From positions 128,792 to 192,791 of the forward strand of contig CAVXUZ010000004.1 in NCBI GenBank assembly GCA_963765125.1: a stretch of 64,000 nucleotides of DNA, given 5' to 3'. Positions 26,769-36,174 of this stretch are shown in pieces. Made by a program: the position numbers and the translations under genes. The notes below the pieces were generated by a model. The model was not told the origin of the DNA. It ran no database searches and saw nothing but the letters and a program-made list of their open reading frames with translations. How positions within the stretch are numbered: position 1 is the stretch's first letter; each line of letters starts with the position of its first letter. The DNA comes from an uncultured candidate division WWE3 bacterium (GTDB lineage Bacteria; Patescibacteriota; WWE3; UBA101185; UBA10185).

Positions 26769-27770
26769 ATGTCTGTCCGCATAGCAATAAACGGTTTCGG
26801 TAGGATTGGCCGAGCCTCATTCAAAATTATTCAAGAAACAGAAGGTGTGGAGGTTGTCGCAATCAACGACCTCACTGATTTAGAAACTTTAGCCCATTTA
26901 TTAAAATACGATTCAATTTACGGCCGTTACAGCAAAGAAGTAAAAATGGAAAACGGAAAAATGCTCGTTAATGGTAAGGAAATAGCCTTTTTTAGCGAAA
27001 AAGACGCAACAAAATTACCTTGGAAAGATTTAAATGTTGACGTAGTTTTGGAATGCACCGGAGTGTACGTCAAAGACAGTATGGCAAAAGTTCATCTAGA
27101 TGCGGGGGCGAAGAAGGTTATTTTGTCTGCGCCGGCAAAAGGCGATGGCGATATACAGACTTTTTTACGAGGAATAAACACCGACCAATATCTAGGACAA
27201 AACATAATTTCCAATGCTTCGTGCACTACACACAGTATTTCGGCCCCAATTTCAATTATTCACAATAATATCGGAATTAAAAAAGCGAGTCTTACAACAG
27301 TTCACGCAATGACCGCTTCACAGAAATTAACAGACAGCCCACACAAAGATTTACGCGAAGGTCGCGCAGCTTCATATAATCTTGTTCCAACGACAACGGG
27401 CGCAGCTATCGCTACCACACAAGCAATACCAGATCTTAAAGGCAAATTCGATGGGGTTTCAGTAAGAGTACCCGTTTCAGTCGGTTCACTTTCTATCATA
27501 ACTATGTTAGTAGCACGTCCTACCACTGTTGAAGAAATAAATCAGCTTTTTGTTGATGCAAAAAAAGATCCTAAATATAGCACAACATTAGATATAACCT
27601 TTGACGAGCTCGTTTCAACCGACATTATAGGAACAAACTACTCATCTATAGTAGATTTATCTCTAACATCTGTTGTAGACGGCGATATGGTAAGAATATT
27701 AGCTTGGTATGATAATGAATGGGGCTATAGTCATAGTCTGGTAGAGCTCGCAAAAACCATATCTGCGTAA
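26769..27770 (+). CDS. gap: Type I glyceraldehyde-3-phosphate dehydrogenase
   Basis: INGFGRIGR, NASCTT, WYDNEWGY. Confidence 0.95.
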   Translation: MSVRIAINGFGRIGRASFKIIQETEGVEVVAINDLTDLETLAHLLKYDSIYGRYSKEVKMENGKMLVNGKEIAFFSEKDATKLPWKDLNVDVVLECTGVYVKDSMAKVHLDAGAKKVILSAPAKGDGDIQTFLRGINTDQYLGQNIISNASCTTHSISAPISIIHNNIGIKKASLTTVHAMTASQKLTDSPHKDLREGRAASYNLVPTTTGAAIATTQAIPDLKGKFDGVSVRVPVSVGSLSIITMLVARPTTVEEINQLFVDAKKDPKYSTTLDITFDELVSTDIIGTNYSSIVDLSLTSVVDGDMVRILAWYDNEWGYSHSLVELAKTISA

Positions 27771-27808
27771 ACACCAACGTGTGTCGGCGTGATAAAATAC
27801 CAGCATAA

Positions 27809-28075
27809 ATGTCTAAATCGCTAAAGGTATCATTTCCACAAAAATGCATAGGCTGCGAACTCTGTATTATGGAGGTTCAAAGGCAGTTTGAAAAAGTAGG
27901 CTTAGAGGGTGCCTTAATTAGAATATTTAAAAATAAAAGCGACAACAGTAACTTTTTAAAATTTTCCATCGATCTTGATCCAAGAATAAATAAACTAAAT
28001 TTAGAAAAGATTAGAGACTCTTGTCCAACTTTTGTATTTGAAATTATAGAGGAGGACCAAGGTGGACTTATATAG
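27809..28075 (+). CDS. Ferredoxin-like [4Fe-4S] protein
   Basis: CIGCELC plus a distal CP. Confidence 0.7.
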   Translation: MSKSLKVSFPQKCIGCELCIMEVQRQFEKVGLEGALIRIFKNKSDNSNFLKFSIDLDPRINKLNLEKIRDSCPTFVFEIIEEDQGGLI

Positions 28076-28904
28076 CAAAAAGGTAGTGTTTGTTGATTTA
28101 GAAAAGCAGACATCAGAAACTAAAACTTTTCCTGACTATAAAAAATACTTAGGCGGCTTAGGTTTAGGTTTAAAAATTCTTGAACAATACGGCGATGTGG
28201 ACCCCTTAGTTTTTGCAGTTGGCCCTCTTACAGGGTTTTTTCCCTACGCTTCAAAAACTGCGGTTGTTATGGAAGAAGACGGAACTATCGAAGATATTTA
28301 TGTCGGTGGGCACCTCGCAACAAGATTAAAATTTTCAGATATAGATGCTCTTGTGCTCATCGGAAAAGCTAAAAAAGAAGTTTCTTTAGACATTTTAAAT
28401 GGTGAAGTAACTTTTTATGAAAACTGTGTGGAGTTGGGCACTTTAGGACTTCCAGGAAAAAGGTCAACGGTGCAGGCTATAGATAAATCTTTAATAATCG
28501 ATTATTACTTTGGTGAACCGGGGAGTTTAATAGCAAAAAAGCTTGTTCAAAAAAAAGTACGCGATATTGTCATTACAGGAACAAGCACCTTTACACCAGT
28601 ATTTATGGAAAAATATACAGAAATCTTCAAAATACTGCTCGATAAAACAAAACGTCTTTCGGTAGAAAAGGCTTTTTTTCCTTCTTGTTCGGGATGCCCA
28701 ATGGGGTGTGAAAAATCAAAATTGGGTGAAATCGGCGGAAATGTGCTACTACACTCACTCGTTGCGTGCGGTTACGCAGAAACTATATTTACCGATGTAG
28801 GAACCATCTTTTCATGCCTTAACTCTTTAGGTTATGATTATACTCACGAGGATATTGAAGCAGTACCTACCCTTATCCAAAATTTACTTAAAGAACTAAA
28901 ATAA
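28062..28904 (+). CDS. Miniature aldehyde:ferredoxin oxidoreductase (AOR)-family protein
   Basis: VDL, YLGGLGLG, DPLVFAVGPLTG, GG..A..LKFS..DALVLIGKA, CSGCPMGC; only 280 aa. Confidence 0.7.
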   Translation: MDLYSKKVVFVDLEKQTSETKTFPDYKKYLGGLGLGLKILEQYGDVDPLVFAVGPLTGFFPYASKTAVVMEEDGTIEDIYVGGHLATRLKFSDIDALVLIGKAKKEVSLDILNGEVTFYENCVELGTLGLPGKRSTVQAIDKSLIIDYYFGEPGSLIAKKLVQKKVRDIVITGTSTFTPVFMEKYTEIFKILLDKTKRLSVEKAFFPSCSGCPMGCEKSKLGEIGGNVLLHSLVACGYAETIFTDVGTIFSCLNSLGYDYTHEDIEAVPTLIQNLLKELK

Positions 28905-28905
28905 T

Positions 28906-29565
28906 ATGAAATACATTGTTGCAAACTGGAAAATGAATATGGACTCTAATTCGATTGCCAGTTGGTTTTCTGACTTTAGTAAAATCTACAAACCCAACGA
29001 AAATATTAAGGTAATAATATGTGGCTCGTTCGTACACCTTGAGTTAATTAAAAACTATATTGAAAAATACAATCTTCCTATTTCAGTTTCAGCTCAAGAT
29101 ATATCACTAAAAGAAAAAGGTGCACACACCGGCGAGGTGGGAGGATTTCAACTAAAAAATTATTGTGAATTTGCGTTGGTGGGGCATAGCGAAAGAAACG
29201 AAACCAGAGATGTTGTAACTAAAAAAAGAGACGAGGCTTTGGCTGCCGGGCTAATTCCAATAGTTTGTTTTACATCACCAGACCAACTTGAAGACGCCTA
29301 CAAACCGGGCGTGATTTTAGCTTGGGAAGACCCACAAAACATTTCTAAAAATGGTGTTTATTTTGAAAAGCCACAAGATGATATTGTCGATATGTTTAAT
29401 AAGTTTGCAGAAATGAAACCTAACGCAGAAATAATCTACGGCGGCTCTGTAAATAGACAGAATATTCACGGTGTCGCCAAAATATTAAACTTGCACGGAG
29501 TTCTACCTGGTAATGCAAGTATCGACCCCGCACATTTTAACGAGTTAGTTGGGGCGTTTAAATAA
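28906..29565 (+). CDS. tpiA: Triosephosphate isomerase (compact)
   Basis: VANWKMN, GAHTGE, VGHSER, AWE, IYGGSVN. Confidence 0.9.
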   Translation: MKYIVANWKMNMDSNSIASWFSDFSKIYKPNENIKVIICGSFVHLELIKNYIEKYNLPISVSAQDISLKEKGAHTGEVGGFQLKNYCEFALVGHSERNETRDVVTKKRDEALAAGLIPIVCFTSPDQLEDAYKPGVILAWEDPQNISKNGVYFEKPQDDIVDMFNKFAEMKPNAEIIYGGSVNRQNIHGVAKILNLHGVLPGNASIDPAHFNELVGAFK

Positions 29566-30638
29566 TGTATAAAGATCTAAAAATTAAAAAAGAAACACCT
29601 AAGAAAAAAAATCCTTTAGTAAGAGGGGCAATAATCGCCGTTATACTGTTGCTTCTTGTTGGCGGCGGCATTGTTTTGGCTGACAAAGGAAAGGGACTTT
29701 TTGATCCTATCTCTATTGTTTCAACCGTAACCAACGCAAACTTAAAAGAAACTGATGGAAGAACAAACATGCTATTACTGGGCAGTGATAAAAGAACCAT
29801 TTCAACCGTTGAGGGCGGAAACCTAACAGACAGCATACTTCTTGTGTCGATCGGCCGAGTAGAAAACGATGTAGTCATGATTTCTCTCCCAAGAGACTTG
29901 TGGGTGGAAGACCCTCGTGGCGCAAAAACAAAAATTAACGAGGTCTATATTAATAACCAGGCAGCTGATTACGACTCTGTTTCTGGAGGCGAGGCAATTA
30001 TGGACGTTGTGGAAGATGTTCTTGGTGTACCTATTCATTATTACGGCGTTGTAAATTTTGCGCTTTTTAAGAATGTTATAGATATCTTGGGTGGTATAGA
30101 GGTTCATATAGACCGTGCTTTCGTTGATCATTACTACCCGGTCGAGGGTAAAGAAAACGCACCTGATAATGAGAGATACGAGCGCGTTGAGTTTCAGGAG
30201 GGATTACAAACTATGAACGGCGAAATGGCACTAAAATACGCGCGTTCTCGTAAAGGAAATAATGGGGAAGACACAGATTTTGCAAGATCTGAGCGTCAAC
30301 AAAAGGTAATTGCTGCTATAAAAAATAAGGCGCTCTCGTTGCAAACAATCGTCAACCCAATAAAAATGAAAGAACTCTATGAACTTTATTCGACTGAGAT
30401 TGATACAAATATTACCTTTAGCGACATACAAAGTTTTTATATACTTTCACAGCAAATAGATTTCAATAAGATTATCTCAATAGTTTTAGACGATAGAAGC
30501 GCTGCAAACGAGGGGGGCTTACTTTACAATCCATCAAACAACGAACTTTATGGCGGAGCTTACGTGCTTGTTCCTAAAACAGGCGATTTTTCTCAGCTGC
30601 ACGCTTATGTACAAAGATATTTATTTGCAAATCACTAA
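29565..30638 (+). CDS. LytR-CpsA-Psr (LCP) family protein
   Basis: LLLGSD, SLPRDLW, DFARSERQQ. Confidence 0.92.
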   Translation: MYKDLKIKKETPKKKNPLVRGAIIAVILLLLVGGGIVLADKGKGLFDPISIVSTVTNANLKETDGRTNMLLLGSDKRTISTVEGGNLTDSILLVSIGRVENDVVMISLPRDLWVEDPRGAKTKINEVYINNQAADYDSVSGGEAIMDVVEDVLGVPIHYYGVVNFALFKNVIDILGGIEVHIDRAFVDHYYPVEGKENAPDNERYERVEFQEGLQTMNGEMALKYARSRKGNNGEDTDFARSERQQKVIAAIKNKALSLQTIVNPIKMKELYELYSTEIDTNITFSDIQSFYILSQQIDFNKIISIVLDDRSAANEGGLLYNPSNNELYGGAYVLVPKTGDFSQLHAYVQRYLFANH

Positions 30639-30711
30639 AATCTGCTCGGATCTTAGCTACTGCAAAAACACCTCTGTGGTAGCAGTTTATAAAGAATTGT
30701 AAAATGACAAC

Positions 30712-31419
30712 ATGATTTACATTGTTCATGGTAACGACTACGCAAAATCAAGAAAGGCAATAGTAAACCAAAAAAGTAAAGTTGACGCCGATCATATTGT
30801 TGAAGAAGAGATTGAAAATATCACGCCAAGACAACTCTACGAAATGCTTGTTTCCTTTGATCTTTTTGGAAAACCACCGTTTATTATCTTGAAAGTCCCC
30901 GCAACAAAAGTAGCTAATTTTGAAGATTATCTAAAAATACTATTTAAAACTCCGGAGCAGTCTGTTCTTATTATTTTATGTGCTACAACACTTGGACGTA
31001 CAAATGACTTTATAAAATACGCGCAAGAGTTAAAAGCAAAGGTTGCGCATAATGAAAAGTTAAATGAGTCTAATGTTTTTGATTTTGTCGACAACCTTTA
31101 TTACAAAAACAAAAAGGCTGCTTACGCTGAACTTCAAAAATTAGAAAAAGAAGAAACTGACGAATTTTATGTTTTTTCAATGGTTCTATATGGACTAAGA
31201 AACATAGCTCAAGCAAAATTTAGAACTGAAGAATTTCAAAAGAAAAGTGGTTTTATGAAAGATAAGGCAATCAGACAAGCAGAGAATTTTACAGTAAGTG
31301 AAATTTACGAATTATTTGATTTTTTCTACGACACTGAAAAAAAATTGAAAACAGGAAAAATAGATAAAAGCCTCGTAATTCCGTTTTCAATCGAGAAGGT
31401 GCTTGCAAACCATTCATGA
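30712..31419 (+). CDS. holA: DNA polymerase III delta subunit-like
   Basis: MIYIVHG start, NVFDFVD, C-terminal LKTG. Confidence 0.7.
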   Translation: MIYIVHGNDYAKSRKAIVNQKSKVDADHIVEEEIENITPRQLYEMLVSFDLFGKPPFIILKVPATKVANFEDYLKILFKTPEQSVLIILCATTLGRTNDFIKYAQELKAKVAHNEKLNESNVFDFVDNLYYKNKKAAYAELQKLEKEETDEFYVFSMVLYGLRNIAQAKFRTEEFQKKSGFMKDKAIRQAENFTVSEIYELFDFFYDTEKKLKTGKIDKSLVIPFSIEKVLANHS

Positions 31420-32219
31420 CAAAAAAGATATATATAAAAGACACAAGTTTTGATCCGATCTACCGCGAGGTAAGTAAAGGATTTTTTGCAAAAACTCGTG
31501 TTATTCCTTCTCTTCTTTTTTTTAGCGGCCTTTTTGTTCTTACAACGCAAGTTATCCTCCCACTAATTATTTTTAAAACTAACGATAAAAATGTTGATCT
31601 CATCGACAACGCTACGGTTTTAGGTCGTGCAGCAGGCTTTTACTCGTTTAAGTTTGACGAGTTGGAAAAACGCGATGACGGAATTGATTTCAAAAATAAT
31701 TTTGATGGAGGTAACACATCGTTTATAGCGTCTGGTGATGATTCTCAAAACAGTAATGTTGTTCTAGGCGACACGGTTGCAAACGTTCCGGAATTCTATT
31801 ATCTCTCAGTTCCGAAATTGAAAATTAATAAAGCGATAGTTGAAACCTCGCCCGCCACACTAGACCCAGCAGACGCACTCGGCCACTACAACGGTACGGA
31901 ATTTCCTGGAGAAGTTGGAAATTCTTTTGTCTACGGGCACTCTGTACTACCCTGGTTTTTTAATCAAAAAAACTACAAAACAATTTTTTCGACATTAGGA
32001 AAGCTAGAAACCGGAGATGAGTTTTTTGTGAACTACAATAATAAAGGATATCGATATATAGTCGAATCAAAAGAAGAATTATCACCAAACAATGTAAATC
32101 CTTTGAACGAAATAAAACCAAGATATTTAAATGAATCAACAATGACACTTATGACGTGCTCCCCTCCGGGAACAAAGTTAAAAAGATTAATGGTGTACGG
32201 GGTATTACAAAATAACTAG
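31416..32219 (+). CDS. Sortase
   Basis: YGHS, TLMTC and a downstream Arg. Confidence 0.9.
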   Translation: MTKKIYIKDTSFDPIYREVSKGFFAKTRVIPSLLFFSGLFVLTTQVILPLIIFKTNDKNVDLIDNATVLGRAAGFYSFKFDELEKRDDGIDFKNNFDGGNTSFIASGDDSQNSNVVLGDTVANVPEFYYLSVPKLKINKAIVETSPATLDPADALGHYNGTEFPGEVGNSFVYGHSVLPWFFNQKNYKTIFSTLGKLETGDEFFVNYNNKGYRYIVESKEELSPNNVNPLNEIKPRYLNESTMTLMTCSPPGTKLKRLMVYGVLQNN

Positions 32220-32782
32220 TCTTCAAGATCTTCAAGAACTTCTTTTTCAAATGATTCGAGAGCCATTTTTCTTGGTCCTAAAAATGCGAAGTAAGCAAAC
32301 AGTCCCAACGCTATTGCACTAAAAAATATTCCAAAAGTTGGGCCAAATATTCCTGTGTCTGGAACAGTAGATTCGGGGGTAGTGACAGCGGGGGCAACAG
32401 GTGCCATTTCTTCATTCTCATCCTCTTCGTCTGTCGCTGCAAGAACTGCCTGAGCCTCTACATTCATATTAGTTGTTGCCAGCTCTTCAAACACACTTGT
32501 TGAGTCGTCGTCGATTGAGACCTCTTCGGTCTTTGCACCGGCAACCTCTTCTTTAACAACCTTCTCTGGCGCCGGATTAGCTCTCAGCGATGCGTCACCC
32601 AATGTTGAAGATTTAGCAGATTCGGTTTTTGATTCAATAACGGATGTTTCTTTAATTGGAGCTTCGCTGCTGCCAGTATCAGAGTTAACAATGTAGTAAA
32701 TTGCACTAAAAACTATGAGGGATATGACCAACGTTAAAATGAAAGTTTTAAATCCTTTTTGTGCTTGGTTGTTAGAATTCAT
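32216..32782 (-). CDS. Acidic surface protein with VPDTG sorting-like signal
   Basis: N-terminal TM; VPDTG, hydrophobic helix, then PRK. Confidence 0.7.
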   Translation of the reverse strand: MNSNNQAQKGFKTFILTLVISLIVFSAIYYIVNSDTGSSEAPIKETSVIESKTESAKSSTLGDASLRANPAPEKVVKEEVAGAKTEEVSIDDDSTSVFEELATTNMNVEAQAVLAATDEEDENEEMAPVAPAVTTPESTVPDTGIFGPTFGIFFSAIALGLFAYFAFLGPRKMALESFEKEVLEDLED

Positions 32783-32960
32783 AGGCAGGCGCAAACTCTT
32801 TCTTGAGGTAGTCCAAGTCTATGTTATCTCCAAAAATTGCGGCTTTACCAACTACTTTTGGATTCACATAATCTTCTTTGGAAAAACTCCAATACTTTGA
32901 CCCTATCCATAATATACCAAGTATAGTAAGAATTAACAATAAAGTTAGTATGTTTTTCAT
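32772..32960 (-). CDS. Small membrane protein following pilO
   Basis: 62-aa ORF in the same operon. Confidence 0.6.
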   Translation of the reverse strand: MKNILTLLLILTILGILWIGSKYWSFSKEDYVNPKVVGKAAIFGDNIDLDYLKKEFAPAYEF

Positions 32961-32972
32961 ATTTAAACCATC

Positions 32973-33530
32973 TTACTCAGGCAAGTAAAACACATCAATT
33001 GACATGTTTAAATTTGCCGAATTTTCTCTATTACTGTAATTAAACCCTTTGACAACTGACAGACGACTTAGGTTCTCTACATCACCCAAAAATGAGTGCA
33101 TTTGCGTTACTGGTCCCTGCAAGCTCACACTCAGGCTAACTACACTGTCTTTCTTTCCTTGGATTGCGAGGCTTTTTTGTTTAAACCCGTTTTTTGATGC
33201 GACTCCTACCAAACTTATCATATAGTTCTCGATTTCTGGTGTGGGTGTAACAACCTTCTTCAACTCACTTATGTGATATTTCGCGTCATTGAGCTTTATT
33301 GATAGCTCATTTATACCGTCTCGCTTTGCTGCAAGATTTTTATTCAACTCGTTTAGCTCTTTTAACGTGTTGTATTTCTCAACCGCAACCCTATAAACCG
33401 GTATGATTCCGAAAAGACCAAAACCAACAATCGTCAAAATGAAAACGAAGCTGTATAGAGTTGTGTTAACTTTCTCATCTTGGAGCTCTCTTCGATATCT
33501 ATTGATTTTATTTCTAACGTTTTCGTTCAT
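32973..33530 (-). CDS. pilO: Type IV pilus PilO-like protein
   Basis: TM, coiled coil, then FLGDVENLSRL. Confidence 0.7.
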   Translation of the reverse strand: MNENVRNKINRYRRELQDEKVNTTLYSFVFILTIVGFGLFGIIPVYRVAVEKYNTLKELNELNKNLAAKRDGINELSIKLNDAKYHISELKKVVTPTPEIENYMISLVGVASKNGFKQKSLAIQGKKDSVVSLSVSLQGPVTQMHSFLGDVENLSRLSVVKGFNYSNRENSANLNMSIDVFYLPE

Positions 33531-34162
33531 TCTAGGTTTACCTCCAATACTGCAACGTATTCCTTAACACCGCTTGCCTTTAACTCAACATTTTTAATAG
33601 TAATGTCTTTTACGCCTTCGATTTCTAACAGGTTTCTGATTAAATTGGCGTATTGTACTGCGCTGTATGATTTTGCAGTCAGAGAATATTTATTCTGCTC
33701 TCTACGGTAAGAGAGTGCTTCAAGACGTACCGTGCTTGTAACAATTTCAAATATCTCCTTTAGTGGTTTTCCGATTTTAGGGGACGCTGTTTTATTTTGC
33801 TTATAAATATTAGTTAAATTTGTTACGTCCCTCGCCGCATCCGTAACATGGCTTGATGTATCAATCTCATCTATGAGTTGGTCGCGAAGTGTCTTCGATT
33901 TATTTAGTGAAAAATCAAAATAAAAGTTTGCGAGTATAAGTAAAAAGAATAATCCACCGATAGAAAAAACGGCGTAGTTTGTAAATTTAACTATTTGAGG
34001 TCTGGCTTTTGATAGTAAATCGTCGCTACTAACTGGTGCTAGAAGGTTAGGACTTAGATTTTTGGTCTCGTCTGGCGCCTCTTGCTGCTCCTTTTGCTGA
34101 GGATGCCTTTGAAGCAGATTTTTCAATTTTTCCCCCAGTTTGGGCAGCGATTCGTTGGGCAT
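33527..34162 (-). CDS. pilN: Type IV pilus PilN-like protein
   Basis: NLL motif before the TM, coiled coil, adjacent to pilO. Confidence 0.6.
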   Translation of the reverse strand: MPNESLPKLGEKLKNLLQRHPQQKEQQEAPDETKNLSPNLLAPVSSDDLLSKARPQIVKFTNYAVFSIGGLFFLLILANFYFDFSLNKSKTLRDQLIDEIDTSSHVTDAARDVTNLTNIYKQNKTASPKIGKPLKEIFEIVTSTVRLEALSYRREQNKYSLTAKSYSAVQYANLIRNLLEIEGVKDITIKNVELKASGVKEYVAVLEVNLE

Positions 34163-34403
34163 ATCTCGATTTTAATCTATTAGCTTTATTTTTGTGTATT
34201 ACGTTGATTTTAGCAGCCTTGTCTAAAACCTTCTGTAATACAGTTAGTTCTTTGTTAAGTATATCAACACCAGTGTCTTTTGTATTGAGTTTATCCTGTA
34301 AACTCCTTACTGCGGTCTTGATACCCCTCTTCAAAATCATATTAACTTGTCTTTTTCTGCCTGAAGACCTTACGGCTTTCTTTGCAGACCTAGTGTTTGG
34401 CAT
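34047..34403 (-). CDS. rpsT: 30S ribosomal protein S20 with basic C-terminal extension
   Basis: MPNTRSAKKAVR...LDKAAKINVIHKNKANRLKSR. Confidence 0.93.
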   Translation of the reverse strand: MPNTRSAKKAVRSSGRKRQVNMILKRGIKTAVRSLQDKLNTKDTGVDILNKELTVLQKVLDKAAKINVIHKNKANRLKSRYAQRIAAQTGGKIEKSASKASSAKGAARGARRDQKSKS

Positions 34404-34440
34404 AGACGATGGGTATGATAACATATGTTGATTAAATAAG

Positions 34441-34478
34441 GAAATACCTAATTCTAATTTGGGTATTTCTCTTTTTTT
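34441..34478 (+). terminator. Terminator-like hairpin between divergent rpsT and murJ
   Basis: GAAATACCTAA/TTGGGTATTTC then a T-run. Confidence 0.4.
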
Positions 34479-34505
34479 ACCGCTATAGGTAGAATAGAAG
34501 CGCAG

Positions 34506-36155
34506 ATGTTAAATAGATATTCAAAGTTCTTAAATAAAACCCAAAACACGATACTCGCCGCAGCCTTTGTACTTTCAGTTGCTAGCGGTGTTAATGCTAT
34601 CTTGGGTTTTGTAAAAGGTCGTCTTTTGGCAACTTTTTTTGGTGATTCTTCTGAGCTTGCGGTTTTTTATACTGCAGACAGAATTCCAGACCTAATATAT
34701 TCCGTTCTAGTTGTTGGGGCACTTTCTACAATATTTATCCCTGTCTTCACAACTATGTACAAAAAGGATAAAGACAAAGCTTGGGAAACCGCCTCATCGA
34801 TGGTAAACATTACTCTTGGTTTTTTTGCTTTTCTTTCTTTAGCCACCTTTATACTCGCACCAACAATAATGAGACTTCTCTCTGTGGGAAAGTTTAGCGA
34901 ACAAGAAATTTTGCTCGGCGCAAGTCTGATGAGAATTATGATGACGGCGCAACTTCTTTTAGTTGCGAGTAGCTTTTTAACCAGCATCCTTCAGTCGTTT
35001 AAATACTTTCTTCTTCCTGCGCTCGCTCCGATTGTTTACAACCTAGGATTTATCGGCGGAACAATTTACCTCGCTGGCTCTTTTGGAATTTACGGACCGG
35101 CAATCGGAGTTGTGATAGGAGCAGTACTACACCTTCTTATTCAGATACCCATGATCAGTAAGGTAAAAATCAACTACACCCCGTTTAAGCTGGCGTTTCA
35201 TAAAAACGGAACCACAGAAATTTTTAGGCTAATGCCTTCTAGAATTGGCAGTGTGCTTATAAATAGCTTAATTTCAACAATTAATAACAGTCTCGCGATC
35301 TTAATTTCTACCTCTGCTGTGGTCCACCTAAAGTTTGCTAATCAACTGCAGTTTTTTCCTGTGCACCTTTTTGGTTTCTCAATCGCGCATGCAAGCTTAC
35401 CAACCCTTTCTGAAGAGGGGGACGATCTGTCATTAACCAAATTTAAAAGCACGTTCATAACGTCGTTTCATCAAATGATGTATCTGGTTATACCCGTGAG
35501 CGTAATTTTATTAATCTTGAGAGTTCCCGTAGTAAGAATCGTGTACGGAGCTTCTACTTTTCCTTGGGAGGCGACTGTAAAAACTTCTTATGCTCTGGCC
35601 TTTTTTAGTTTAAGCATTTTTGCACAAAGTGGCGTCTATTTAATTACACGCGCTTTTTATGCACTAAAGGATACGAATACTCCAGTGAAGGTAAGTACGC
35701 TTACATTATTTTTAAATATTTTATTATCTTTGGTGTTTGTTGAGTATTTAAAACTAGGTGTATGGTCAATTGCATTTTCGTTTTCTCTCACTACGATAAT
35801 TACCTTTGTGATGCTTCTCTTTTTGTTAAACTCAAAGGTTGGTGGACTAAACTGGCAAGAGTTGCTATTACCTATCACAAAAATTTCCTACTCCGCATTA
35901 TTTATGGGAATAGGTTTATATCTCCCTTTAAAGCTCCTCGATAAATTCGTGTTTGATACTACCAGGGTTGTTCCACTTTTGATGCTTACTATGGTTGCCT
36001 CGCTCATAGGCACTGCGACTTACCTATTCTTTACATGGATTTTTAAAGTTCGTGAGATTGAGCTTTTTTATAAAGTCATAAGAAAAATTAACTTTAGAAA
36101 AACTGCTGAAACTGTTACAACCTCCACTATAGGTACCAGAGAAGAAATATCATAA
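34506..36155 (+). CDS. murJ: Lipid II flippase MurJ
   Basis: Multi-TM; ADRIPD, RAFYALKDT.TP. Confidence 0.92.
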   Translation: MLNRYSKFLNKTQNTILAAAFVLSVASGVNAILGFVKGRLLATFFGDSSELAVFYTADRIPDLIYSVLVVGALSTIFIPVFTTMYKKDKDKAWETASSMVNITLGFFAFLSLATFILAPTIMRLLSVGKFSEQEILLGASLMRIMMTAQLLLVASSFLTSILQSFKYFLLPALAPIVYNLGFIGGTIYLAGSFGIYGPAIGVVIGAVLHLLIQIPMISKVKINYTPFKLAFHKNGTTEIFRLMPSRIGSVLINSLISTINNSLAILISTSAVVHLKFANQLQFFPVHLFGFSIAHASLPTLSEEGDDLSLTKFKSTFITSFHQMMYLVIPVSVILLILRVPVVRIVYGASTFPWEATVKTSYALAFFSLSIFAQSGVYLITRAFYALKDTNTPVKVSTLTLFLNILLSLVFVEYLKLGVWSIAFSFSLTTIITFVMLLFLLNSKVGGLNWQELLLPITKISYSALFMGIGLYLPLKLLDKFVFDTTRVVPLLMLTMVASLIGTATYLFFTWIFKVREIELFYKVIRKINFRKTAETVTTSTIGTREEIS

Positions 36156-36174
36156 AGTCTGATACAATCCCCTT

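Noticed and set aside
27213-27245. GAPDH active-site variant SCTTHS instead of SCTTNC
   Set aside because: The catalytic Cys and His are retained, so this is not enough to claim altered function.
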